A DNA stretch of 50,472 nt, from assembly GCA_964463325.1 (NCBI GenBank), contig CAYXBY010000003.1, forward strand, positions 1-50,472. Direction: 5' to 3'. This DNA is from an uncultured Lachnospiraceae bacterium (GTDB lineage Bacteria > Bacillota > Clostridia > Oscillospirales > CAG-272). This document shows, piece after piece, positions 42,169 to 50,472 of this stretch. Numbering within the stretch: the first letter of the stretch is position 1; each line of letters starts with the position of its first letter. Position numbers and translations under genes: made by a program. The notes under the pieces are model-generated. The model did no database searches. It saw nothing but the letters and a program-made list of their open reading frames with translations, and was not told where the DNA came from.

Positions 42169-43651
42169 ATGAAAAAGAACGCTTTGATCACATCAATCAT
42201 GACCATCGTGCTCTGCCTCAGTCTCATCGCAGGCTCGAGCTTTGCGCTGTTCACCAGCGAGAGCACGGTCAACGTGGCGGTAACCTCGGGTACTGTCGAT
42301 GTAACTGCCACTGTTGAGAATTTCGTCAAGGGCTCGGAGCTGGGCGAGAATCTGTCAGAGACTGACATCTCCTATGTTGGAAACTCTGTCACCATGAATC
42401 GCATCGTCCCCGGCGACTTTGTTACGTTTGACCTGCGCATACACAATGCCAGCAACGTCACTGTCAAGTACAGAACGGTGCTGCGCTGTCTCGAGGACAA
42501 CGGCCTGTGGAGCGGGCTCAAGATTACAGTCGGCGGGGCTGATTACAGCGGCGCGACAATAGCGAGTGACTGGACGACCCTTGCCCCCCGGCAGTGAAGA
42601 CATTGTGGTGCCGGTGTCCGTTAAGCTGCCCACGACGGCGGGCAATTCATATCAGGGCAAGACCTGCCGCTTTACTTACACCGTCGAGGCTATCCAGGGC
42701 AACGCAAGCGAGCACATGTGGGACGGCACTGCCGACACTGAGTCGCTTACGGCCAACACCGATACCACCGCCAAGACCGTCACCATCGCGACAGCCGAGC
42801 AGCTGGCCGCCTTTGCTGTCAGCGTCAATGGCGGGAACAATTATGCAGGCTACACTGCCACGCTGACTGCCGATATCGACCTTGGCAGCGTGGAGTGGAC
42901 GCCGATAGGCAACGACACAAATCCCTTCAACGGCACCTTTGACGGCGGCAATCACATCATATCTAACCTCAATATCAATATGCCGAGCACCAACAGCGTC
43001 GGCCTGTTCGGGCGCACGAATTCGGGCGAGGTCAAGAATCTGACCATCCGCAACGCAACCGTTAAGGGCAGTCTCAACGTTGGAGTTGTCGCGGGCACGC
43101 CCTACACCTCGAAGTACAGCAATATTTCGCTCACCGGCCTCGTTAAGGTGGACGGCTTTAGCTATGTCGGCGGCCTGCTTGGCAAGAATGCTTATGGCGA
43201 TGTCACCAACATCATTATCGACGTGCAGGACGGCAGCTATGTCAAGGCCGATTCGGGCGTATACCGCTCCTATGCCGGCGGCGTTGTCGGCTTCTGCGGC
43301 GAGGGCAATCACAGCTTTACCAATATCAGCTCCAATATCGATGTTATCGGCACGACCTGCGATGTCGGCGGCATTGTGGGCATCGCGCACTACGGCAACA
43401 CCTTCAAGGGCTGCCACTCGAGCGGTAATGTGTCGATCACGGCCTGCGCCGATGTCGCCGATGCCGACGAGATAGGCGGCATTGCCGGCGTTTGGATGAA
43501 CAAGACTTCCAATGTCACCTTTGACGGCTGCACCTTCACCGGCACACTGACCACCAGTGTCCCCGGCGTTGACATCAGCGACAATACCATCTATGGCGCG
43601 GCGTACTATAAGACCGGAACCGGCCTTATCGCAAATCCCATAGTAAAATAA
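42169..43651 (+). pseudogene. SipW-cognate (TasA/camelysin-like) secreted protein with GLUG-type beta-helix, frameshifted at a C6 run (42584-42589)
   Basis: AGSSFALFTS signal end, IVPGD; removing one C gives continuous TTLAPGSEDIVVPV..YQGKTC..TAEQL..EWTPIG..FNGTFDGGNH..VGLFG. Confidence 0.75.
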
Positions 43652-43661
43652 ACACATCCCC

Positions 43662-43693
43662 CCGGGGCAGGCCGCAGAGCCTGCCCTTTTTTT
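43662..43693 (+). terminator. Intrinsic terminator
   Basis: GGGCAGGC..GCCTGCCCTTTTTTT. Confidence 0.7.
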
Positions 43694-43724
43694 GCCCCGG
43701 AGTAAAAAAACGGTGGCACACCAC

Positions 43725-43773
43725 TTGACAACACGCCGAAATGTGCTATAATTAAAAAGGTTGCAAGCGCAAC
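43725..43773 (+). promoter_or_regulatory. Promoter with probable MarR operator
   Basis: TTGACA 43725, TG-extended TATAAT 43747, GTTGC-N4-GCAAC 43760-43773. Confidence 0.6.
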
Positions 43774-43801
43774 TATTAAACTCAAGCTTCGGAGGTATGC
43801 T

Positions 43802-44260
43802 ATGCCGTCATTTATGAGGCAGATAAAGGTCATAGGCCGCTGCTCCAACATGTACCATGCCGCAGCGCTCGAGGGCACGGGGCTCAGCGGGGTGCACACT
43901 GCGTATCTTTTCGCATTGCGCCGCACGCCGGGCATGTCGCAGGAGCAGCTGTCACGGCACATTTACGTCAATAAAAGCAATGTAACACGCCATCTCGCTC
44001 AGCTGGAGCGGATGGGCTATGTGGAGCGCCGCCAGAGCGAGGCGGACAAGCGGGTCACGCTGGTCTACCTGACGCCAAAGGCGCTCGACATCATGCCGCG
44101 CGTCAGTGAGGCGGTGCGCAGCTGGAACGGTTACCTCACCGAGGGCTTCACCGAGGAGGAGCTGGAGCAGTTCAGCGCCATGCTTGCCCGCATGACCGAG
44201 CGCGCCACCACGGCGGCCAATCAGCAGATCGACAGATCGTGGGGGCATGATGAGCAATGA
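43802..44260 (+). CDS. MarR-family regulator
   Basis: PGMSQEQL, NKSNVTRHL..LE..GYVER, DKRVTLVYLT. Confidence 0.9.
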   Translation: MPSFMRQIKVIGRCSNMYHAAALEGTGLSGVHTAYLFALRRTPGMSQEQLSRHIYVNKSNVTRHLAQLERMGYVERRQSEADKRVTLVYLTPKALDIMPRVSEAVRSWNGYLTEGFTEEELEQFSAMLARMTERATTAANQQIDRSWGHDEQ

Positions 44261-45984
44261 AATATCTTCTTAAATATCTCAAGCCCTTTTATCCGCGCAT
44301 GTCGGTTGGGCTGACCATCAAATTTCTCGGCACGGTGATCGAGCTGCTGCTGCCGTATCTGCTGGGCTACATAATCGACGAGGTGGTGCCGCAGCAGAGC
44401 GTCCAAAAGATAGTGCTGTGGGGACTGCTCATGATACTCTGCGCCGTCACGGCCGTGGTGCTGACTGTCATTGCCAACCGCATGGCGTCGCGCGTGGCGC
44501 GGAACGCCGCAGAGCTGGTGCGACACGACCTGTTCGACCGCACCATGCGGCTGTCGTCGGCACAGGTCGACCGCTTTACCGTTCCCAGCCTCGAGTCCCG
44601 TCTGACGACAGACACCTACAACTTTCACGCCTTTGTCGGTATGATGCAGCGCATGGGCGTCCGCGCCCCCATACTGCTAATAGGCGGCGGCATTATCACC
44701 GCCATCATCGACTACCGCATGGCGGTGGTTATGTTCGCAGTGCTGCCGCTGATAGGCGTGGTGGTGACGCTCATATCACGCCGCGGCGTGCCGCTGTACT
44801 CGCAGGTGCAGCGCTCGGTCGATGGCATGACGCGCGTTGTTCGCGAGGATGCGCAGGGCATCCGCGTCATAAAGGCGCTGTCCAAGACCGCCTACGAGCG
44901 CGAGCGCTATGATCGCGTCAATCGCGCACTGGTGCAGGACGAGCAGCGTGCCAGCATTACCATGGCATCCACCAATCCGGTTATGACATTTCTCATGAAC
45001 GTCGGCATTGCGGGCGTCATACTTGTCGGCGGCTATCTTGTCAACGGTGGGTTGTCCAAGCCCGGGCGCATAATGACGTTCATGCAGTATTTTACGCTGA
45101 TATCGCAGGCTATGATGAGCATAACGCGCATTTTTGTCATGTTCACCAAGTGCTCGGCATCGGCGACGCGCATTTCCGAGGTGCTGGAGTGCCCCGAGGA
45201 TCTGACGCTCAAAAGCAGTGCCGACTATCCCGCACGCGCCGACGGCCGCGAGGGCTATATCACGTTTGAGCACGTCAATTTCTCATATAACAAGACCAAA
45301 AACAATCTCACCGACATCTCCTTCCGCCTGCCGCGCGGCGGCTCGCTGGGCATCATCGGCGCGACCGGCGCCGGCAAATCGACCATAGTCTCGCTGCTGA
45401 TGCGGCTGTACGACGTCGATTCAGGCTCGGTGCGCATTGGCGGGCGGGATGTTAGGACCATCCCCGCGGACGAGCTGCATTCCATGTTCGGCGCGGCCAT
45501 GCAGAACGACTTTTTGTATGCCGACACCGTGCGCGAGAATGTTATGTTCGGGCGGCAGCTGCCCGAGAGCCAGCTGCGCGAGGCGGCCGCTATGGCGCAG
45601 GCCGATTTCATTGATAAATTTGACGATGGCTGGGATCACATGCTGACCACCAAGGGCACCAACATCAGCGGCGGGCAAAAGCAGCGTCTGCTCATCGCCC
45701 GCGCCCTGGCCGGCCACCCGGACATACTGATACTTGACGATTCGTCCTCCGCGCTTGACTACAAGACCGACGCTGCGCTGCGTCGTGCCATTGCAGAGTG
45801 CGAGCGGGAGATGACTATGATCGTCGTGGCGCAGCGGGTCAGCTCGGTCATGAGCTCTGACCTCATAATCGTGCTCGACGAGGGGCGCATCATCGGCATG
45901 GGCGACCATGACAGCCTGATGCGTGATTGCGAGGTCTATCGCGAGATAAGCGAGTCACAGATGGGAGGTGCTTTCCTTGAATAA
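44257..45984 (+). CDS. Heterodimeric ABC exporter subunit (TMD+NBD, degenerate Walker B/switch)
   Basis: GATGAGKST, ISGGQKQR, LDDSSSALD, VAQR. Confidence 0.9.
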   Translation: MKYLLKYLKPFYPRMSVGLTIKFLGTVIELLLPYLLGYIIDEVVPQQSVQKIVLWGLLMILCAVTAVVLTVIANRMASRVARNAAELVRHDLFDRTMRLSSAQVDRFTVPSLESRLTTDTYNFHAFVGMMQRMGVRAPILLIGGGIITAIIDYRMAVVMFAVLPLIGVVVTLISRRGVPLYSQVQRSVDGMTRVVREDAQGIRVIKALSKTAYERERYDRVNRALVQDEQRASITMASTNPVMTFLMNVGIAGVILVGGYLVNGGLSKPGRIMTFMQYFTLISQAMMSITRIFVMFTKCSASATRISEVLECPEDLTLKSSADYPARADGREGYITFEHVNFSYNKTKNNLTDISFRLPRGGSLGIIGATGAGKSTIVSLLMRLYDVDSGSVRIGGRDVRTIPADELHSMFGAAMQNDFLYADTVRENVMFGRQLPESQLREAAAMAQADFIDKFDDGWDHMLTTKGTNISGGQKQRLLIARALAGHPDILILDDSSSALDYKTDAALRRAIAECEREMTMIVVAQRVSSVMSSDLIIVLDEGRIIGMGDHDSLMRDCEVYREISESQMGGAFLE

Positions 45985-47866
45985 TCGCGGAATGGCGGGC
46001 GGCGGTGGCGGCGGAATGGCGCGTATGCGCTCCGTTAACAGCGCACGCCCCGATGAAAAGCTGGATCGCGGCGAGCGCGGCGCCATACTTCGCCGACTTG
46101 CGGGCTATCTGCTCGAGCACGGCTGGTATGTCGTGGCGGCGCTGCTGCTCATGCTGGGCTCCAATCTGCTGGCGCTGATAGGCCCCAAGCTGTCGGGCGC
46201 GGCGATCGATGCCATCCGCCCGGGAGAGGGTGCGGTCGACATGGCACTGGTGCTGCGATACTGTCTGCTGCTGGCGATATGCTACACTGCCTCGGCGATA
46301 ATGTCGTATGTGCTGGCGGTGATAATGGTGCGGCTGAGTCAGAAGATAATCTACACCATGCGGCGGCAGCTGTTCGACCGGCTGACCGAGCTGCCTGTCG
46401 GGTATTTTGACACGCATGCTACCGGCGACATAATCAGCCACATTTCTTACGACGTCGACACCGTCAATTCGTCGCTATCGCACGACCTGCTGCAGGTGTG
46501 CACCAGCGTGGTGACGGTGGTGGGGTCGCTGATAATGATGCTGTCGATCTCGCCGGTGCTGATACTTGTTTTTGCGCTGACGGTGCCGGTCTCGATACTG
46601 TTCACGCGCTACAAGACCAAAAAGATACGCCCGCTGTTCAAGCGCCGCTCCATGAAGCTGGGGCAGCTCAACGGCTACGCTGAGGAGATGCTGTCGGGGC
46701 AGAGGACGATACGTGTCTACGGACGAGAGTCCGTCATTGTGGGGCGCTTTGCCGAGCGCAACACCGACGCCGTCGACGCCTATTATGCGGCGGATTACCA
46801 CGGCGCCATAATCGGCCCGGGCGTCAATTTTATCAACAATCTGTCGCTGGCGCTGGTAATAATCCTGGGCGGTATATTCTTTATGCTGTCGGATTCCGGC
46901 GTGATAAAGGCAGGCTCGCTGCTGTTTATGTCACTGGGCGGCGTTTCGGCGTTCGTGCAGTACTCGCGCAAGTTTGCAGGGCCGATAAATGAATTTGCCA
47001 ACATACTCAGCGAGCTGCAATCGGCGCTGGCGGCGGCCGAGAGGGTGTTCCGCATAATTGACGAGCCGGACGAGAACGAGGTCAGCGCCGCGCGGGAGCA
47101 GAACCGCGACTACAGCGGCCGCGAGCGACTGGACAAGGTCGAGGGGCATGTCAGACTGGAGCATGTAAAATTCGGCTATGTGCCGGGACGGACGATACTG
47201 CACGATTTGAGCCTCGACGTGGCGCCGGGCAGCACGGTCGCCATAGTGGGGCCGACGGGCGCAGGCAAGACGACAATCATCAATCTGCTCATGCGTTTTT
47301 ACGATGTTGACGGTGGGCGCATATTCGTGGACGGTCACGAGATACGCGAGCTCGACCGCGACAGTCTGCGCCGTGCCTACACCATGGTGCTGCAGGACAC
47401 CTGGCTGTTTGGCGGCACTATTGCGGAGAACATCAGCTACGGCCGCTCGGACGCGACCATGGAGGAGATAGTCGCCGCCGCGCAGGCCGCGCACATACAT
47501 TCCTTTATCGAGGCGCTGCCGGATGGCTACAACACCGTGCTGACTGACGACGGTATCAACATTTCCAAGGGTCAGAAGCAGCTCATCACCATCGCGCGCG
47601 CCATGCTGCCGCGCTCTTCCATGCTCATTCTCGACGAGGCGACGTCAAATGTCGATTCGCGCACTGAGCAGCAGATCCAGGAGGCCATGCACACGCTGAT
47701 GGAGGGGCGTACCAGCTTCGTCATCGCGCACAGGCTGTCCACCATTCAGAACGCCGACGTGATACTGGTCGTTAAGGACGGCAACGTCATCGAGCAGGGA
47801 AGCCACACCGAGCTGATGGCCGCCGGCGGCTTCTACAGCACACTGTACAATTCTCAGTTCGCTTGA
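45968..47866 (+). CDS. Heterodimeric ABC exporter subunit (TMD+NBD, consensus Walker B/switch)
   Basis: GPTGAGKTT, ISKGQKQ, LDEATSNVD, IAHRLSTI. Confidence 0.9.
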   Translation: MLSLNNRGMAGGGGGGMARMRSVNSARPDEKLDRGERGAILRRLAGYLLEHGWYVVAALLLMLGSNLLALIGPKLSGAAIDAIRPGEGAVDMALVLRYCLLLAICYTASAIMSYVLAVIMVRLSQKIIYTMRRQLFDRLTELPVGYFDTHATGDIISHISYDVDTVNSSLSHDLLQVCTSVVTVVGSLIMMLSISPVLILVFALTVPVSILFTRYKTKKIRPLFKRRSMKLGQLNGYAEEMLSGQRTIRVYGRESVIVGRFAERNTDAVDAYYAADYHGAIIGPGVNFINNLSLALVIILGGIFFMLSDSGVIKAGSLLFMSLGGVSAFVQYSRKFAGPINEFANILSELQSALAAAERVFRIIDEPDENEVSAAREQNRDYSGRERLDKVEGHVRLEHVKFGYVPGRTILHDLSLDVAPGSTVAIVGPTGAGKTTIINLLMRFYDVDGGRIFVDGHEIRELDRDSLRRAYTMVLQDTWLFGGTIAENISYGRSDATMEEIVAAAQAAHIHSFIEALPDGYNTVLTDDGINISKGQKQLITIARAMLPRSSMLILDEATSNVDSRTEQQIQEAMHTLMEGRTSFVIAHRLSTIQNADVILVVKDGNVIEQGSHTELMAAGGFYSTLYNSQFA

Positions 47867-47870
47867 TTTA

Positions 47871-48138
47871 TATCCGGGGCTTCTGCCCCGGACAACGCAA
47901 GCTCATACGGGGCGCTGCCCCGGACCCCGGCAGGGGGACTTTTGAAAAAGTCCCCCTGCACCCCCAAAACTTTCAACAGCTTCGCAGGGAAATCGCAAAG
48001 ATACCGGTTAAGGTGACGAACGCTTTAGACGTTCTCGATCTTAACCGGATTTCTTTTTCCCTAATTGTTTGAAAGTTTTGCGGGGTCTGGGGTGCTTTTT
48101 CAAAAGCACCCCAGCGTATGCAGGGCAGAGCCCTGGGA
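47871..48138. repeat. MITE-like repeat, copy 3
   Basis: Closely matches 8260-8497 (GGGGCGCTGCCCCGGA, GGGGACTTTTGAAAAAGTCCCC, ACCGGTTAAGGTGACGAACGCTTTAG) with an extra 5' hairpin. Confidence 0.85.
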
Positions 48139-48289
48139 AATTTCTCGGAATATTAAGAATTCTTAAATAATTTAACAAATTGACAAAATGAACGAGGCAT
48201 GGTAGTATTATAGTGGGCAAAAAATTGGCGCAATTATTAGTCAAAAATGGATTGTTTTTTGCTTATTAAACGAAATTAAGGAGGGGACA

Positions 48290-48427
48290 ATGACAAAATG
48301 CGATTCAGCTTCGGCGCGCCAGGCATATGAAGCGCCGACTATGCAGCTTATCGAGCTTTTGCCGTGCGATATCATCAGCACCAGCACTGGCAGAGAGCAC
48401 GATATATTGGAGTTTGACAAATTTTAA
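48290..48427 (+). CDS. 45-aa small protein MTKCDSASARQAYEAPTMQLIELLPCDIISTSTGREHDILEFDKF
   Basis: AAGGAGGGG RBS, YxxP...DII.TS pattern; below the ORF-track cutoff. Confidence 0.6.
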   Translation: MTKCDSASARQAYEAPTMQLIELLPCDIISTSTGREHDILEFDKF

Positions 48428-48451
48428 TTATCACTATAAGGAGGCATGTAT

Positions 48452-49337
48452 ATGAAAAAGCTAATTGTATTAACCTTTATATTTATATTGCTTTGCGGCA
48501 TTATGACTGCGGCGGTATCCGCCACCGATGGCGCAGCGTCGGTCACTGAGCCGGATGTTGCGCTCAAGGGCGCAAGCCTTGCGCTTGAGGACAATGTCTA
48601 CATTTATTTTATGATGTCGAATGAGGTAGCCACGGCCGACGACTGGGGCGTGATATTCTACCTTGAGGAGCCCGGCGAGAATGCGTCATACGAGGTCGCC
48701 ACTGCCGAGGGCAGCAGTGCTGTCGTGCGCAGCAAGGGTGACGGCTACGCCTGGACGGATCCCGCATCCGGCAATGTATATTACAGCTTTAACTACGGCG
48801 TCGCGGCCAAGCAGATGACGGACGTCGTATATGGTCAGGGCTATGCCCGTGTCGGTGACACCTACTATTGCAGCAGCGTCGTGCCCTACGTATCTGCTGG
48901 CGCACCGCAGTGGTAGTGAGGAGCATGTCACTGTTCGCGAGGGCACAGAGCTGATAGCCGAGTCGGTATTCAAGGACGACACCACCATCACCGGCATCAC
49001 GCTGCCGTCCAGCCTGCGATATATAGATGATTATGCATTCGATGACTGCACCAAGCTCCAGAGCATCACGCTGCAGGAGAACGTGACGCTCATTTACCGC
49101 GATGCCTTCCGTGGGGCGCACATCAATACGATTAATCTGCCGAACAGCCTGGAAACGATAGGGAGCAGCGCCTTTGAGGCTTGCTCACGCGCAGATGGCT
49201 CTGCCACCGTGGTGAACTACGCCGGCACCGAGGCCGAGTGGGCTAACGTGTCAAAGGCTCCCGCTGACGCTACAGCCGGCACTAACGCCTGGGATCACAA
49301 CGCCAACCTCACTATTACCTTCGCACCGACAACGTAA
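48452..49337 (+). pseudogene. Secreted surface protein with BspA/LRR_5 repeats, split by an out-of-frame junction near 48890
   Basis: Signal peptide and GVAAKQMTD domain in one frame; LPSSLRYIDDYAF, LPNSLETIGSSAF, YAGTEAEW in another frame without its own RBS/signal. Confidence 0.65.
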
Positions 49338-49545
49338 GCTCATGCAGGGTTCCACCCTGCACCCGCTGGGGGGGCTTTTGAAAAAGCCCCCAGACCCCGC
49401 AAAACTTTCCAACAATTAGGAATAAAGAAATCCGGTTAAGGTTGAGAACGTCCAAAACGTTCGTCATCTTAACCGGTATTTTTGCGATTCCCCCACGAAG
49501 CTGTCTGAAGGTTTTGGGGGCGCAGGGCAGAGCCCCGCATGAGCT
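49337..49545. repeat. MITE-like repeat, copy 4 (inverted orientation)
   Basis: Reverse complement of the copy 1/3 body; ends AGCTCATGC...GCATGAGCT; between convergent genes. Confidence 0.8.
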
Positions 49546-49550
49546 CCCAA

Positions 49551-50240
49551 TCAATTAATCAGCTCTGGTGCGTCGGGGAGGGTGGAGTAGCGCGCCGGGT
49601 CGAGCCAGCGCTCCTCAGCGGGCTCAAGCGTGCCGTCGTCGGACATTTCCCAACGAGCGACGCAGTATATCTCGCTTTCGGAGTAGTAGGTATAGCTGTC
49701 GCGCGCGGTGAGGTGCAGCGCGCCCTGCTGCCAGCAATAGTAATTCGTCCCCGCCTCGCTGATATAGACCTCGGGAAAATCGTCGGTGGCGGGCTCGATG
49801 GTCAGGTGCGAGTAAGGCGAGCTGATGGTGCCGGTCTCGGGGTGAAGCGTCGGCGAGGGCAGCGCGTCGAGGGCGGAGACGGTGTAATAGCCGGAGTCGC
49901 CGCGGATGTAGGTGGTGTAATAGGTGCTGTCGCCCGCGCGACGGGTGACCAGCCGCACGTCCAGCCGACCGTCAAAGTTGGCATCGACGAATTCAAGACT
50001 CTCGCCGCTGTCGCGCACCCGACTGTCGGGGCTCAGACGGTGTGTCGAGTCGCCATCGGCAGGCTCGGACAGCTCCAGCCGGCGGACAGTGCCGCGGCTG
50101 TTGAGGTAGACGCGGCAGACGGTGCCATCGGGGGCGGTGAGTGTGCGGCCTGGCTCGGCGGTGCAGCCTGCCAGTGCGATAATAAGGCATATGGCAACGG
50201 CCGTTGCCGTCAGGCGGACACGGCGGGGAACGATTGACAT
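49551..50240 (-). CDS. Hypothetical lipoprotein with a DxNxDG loop
   Basis: Lipobox ALAGC; FVDANFDGRLD; AAGGAAG upstream of ATG. Confidence 0.6.
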   Translation of the reverse strand: MSIVPRRVRLTATAVAICLIIALAGCTAEPGRTLTAPDGTVCRVYLNSRGTVRRLELSEPADGDSTHRLSPDSRVRDSGESLEFVDANFDGRLDVRLVTRRAGDSTYYTTYIRGDSGYYTVSALDALPSPTLHPETGTISSPYSHLTIEPATDDFPEVYISEAGTNYYCWQQGALHLTARDSYTYYSESEIYCVARWEMSDDGTLEPAEERWLDPARYSTLPDAPELIN

Positions 50241-50340
50241 GAAAAAGCTTCCTTTCACGATATATTGCTTTAATTATACAACAAAAAACGCGCATGTAAA
50301 GAGAAAAATCAAAAAATACATGATTTTTTTCAAAAAGCTA

Positions 50341-50369
50341 TTGACAAGTTGTCGCCGGTGTGGTATAAT
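50341..50369 (+). promoter_or_regulatory. Consensus sigma-A promoter for tRNA
   Basis: TTGACA-17 nt-TATAAT with TG extension. Confidence 0.75.
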
Positions 50370-50420
50370 ACCACATGTTCCGGCTACGGAATGGTTGAAC
50401 CTTCTCGTCGGGGAGAGCAT

Positions 50421-50472
50421 GCTGGTGTGGCTCAATGGCAGAGCAGCTGATTTGTAATCAGCAGGTTGATGG
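50421..50472 (+). tRNA. tRNA-Thr(TGT), truncated by window end
   Basis: GCTGGTGTGGCTCAATGGCAGAGCAGCTGATTTGTAATCAG: D-arm and anticodon stem CTGAT/ATCAG around TGT. Confidence 0.85.

Overview
GC-rich Firmicute (Clostridia/Oscillospirales-like, inferred from gene style) chromosomal window. Housekeeping and metabolic content includes pth-mfd-prsA-like-TPP riboswitch-thiT, typA, rhaD, two GT4 glycosyltransferases, an oxidative-stress locus (class D flavodiiron protein, Fur/PerR, reverse rubrerythrin, Fur boxes), MarR plus a heterodimeric ABC exporter, tRNA-Gln and a partial tRNA-Thr. The standout is a tightly coupled five-gene operon (8503-16665, minus) that looks like a self-contained cAMP circuit: GAF-fused MacB/LolD-type ABC ATPase, FtsX-type permease, CHASE2 adenylate cyclase, endonuclease-IV-fold putative phosphodiesterase and a FecR surface protein. 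An AT-richer island between typA and tRNA-Gln (~28.6-37.6 kb) carries a methyltransferase, an AraC-GPH permease-lacZ-mgsA unit and an IS3 transposase. It also contains two ~143-bp direct repeats combining a recombination-site-like arm with an oriT-like core, and two tandem branched palindromic units that each begin with a tRNA T-arm-like 21-mer. A ~210-270-bp MITE-like repeat occurs four times, and several genes are broken (deletion-fusions, a poly-C frameshift, an ACG start). All calls are by eye from motifs; no database searches were run.
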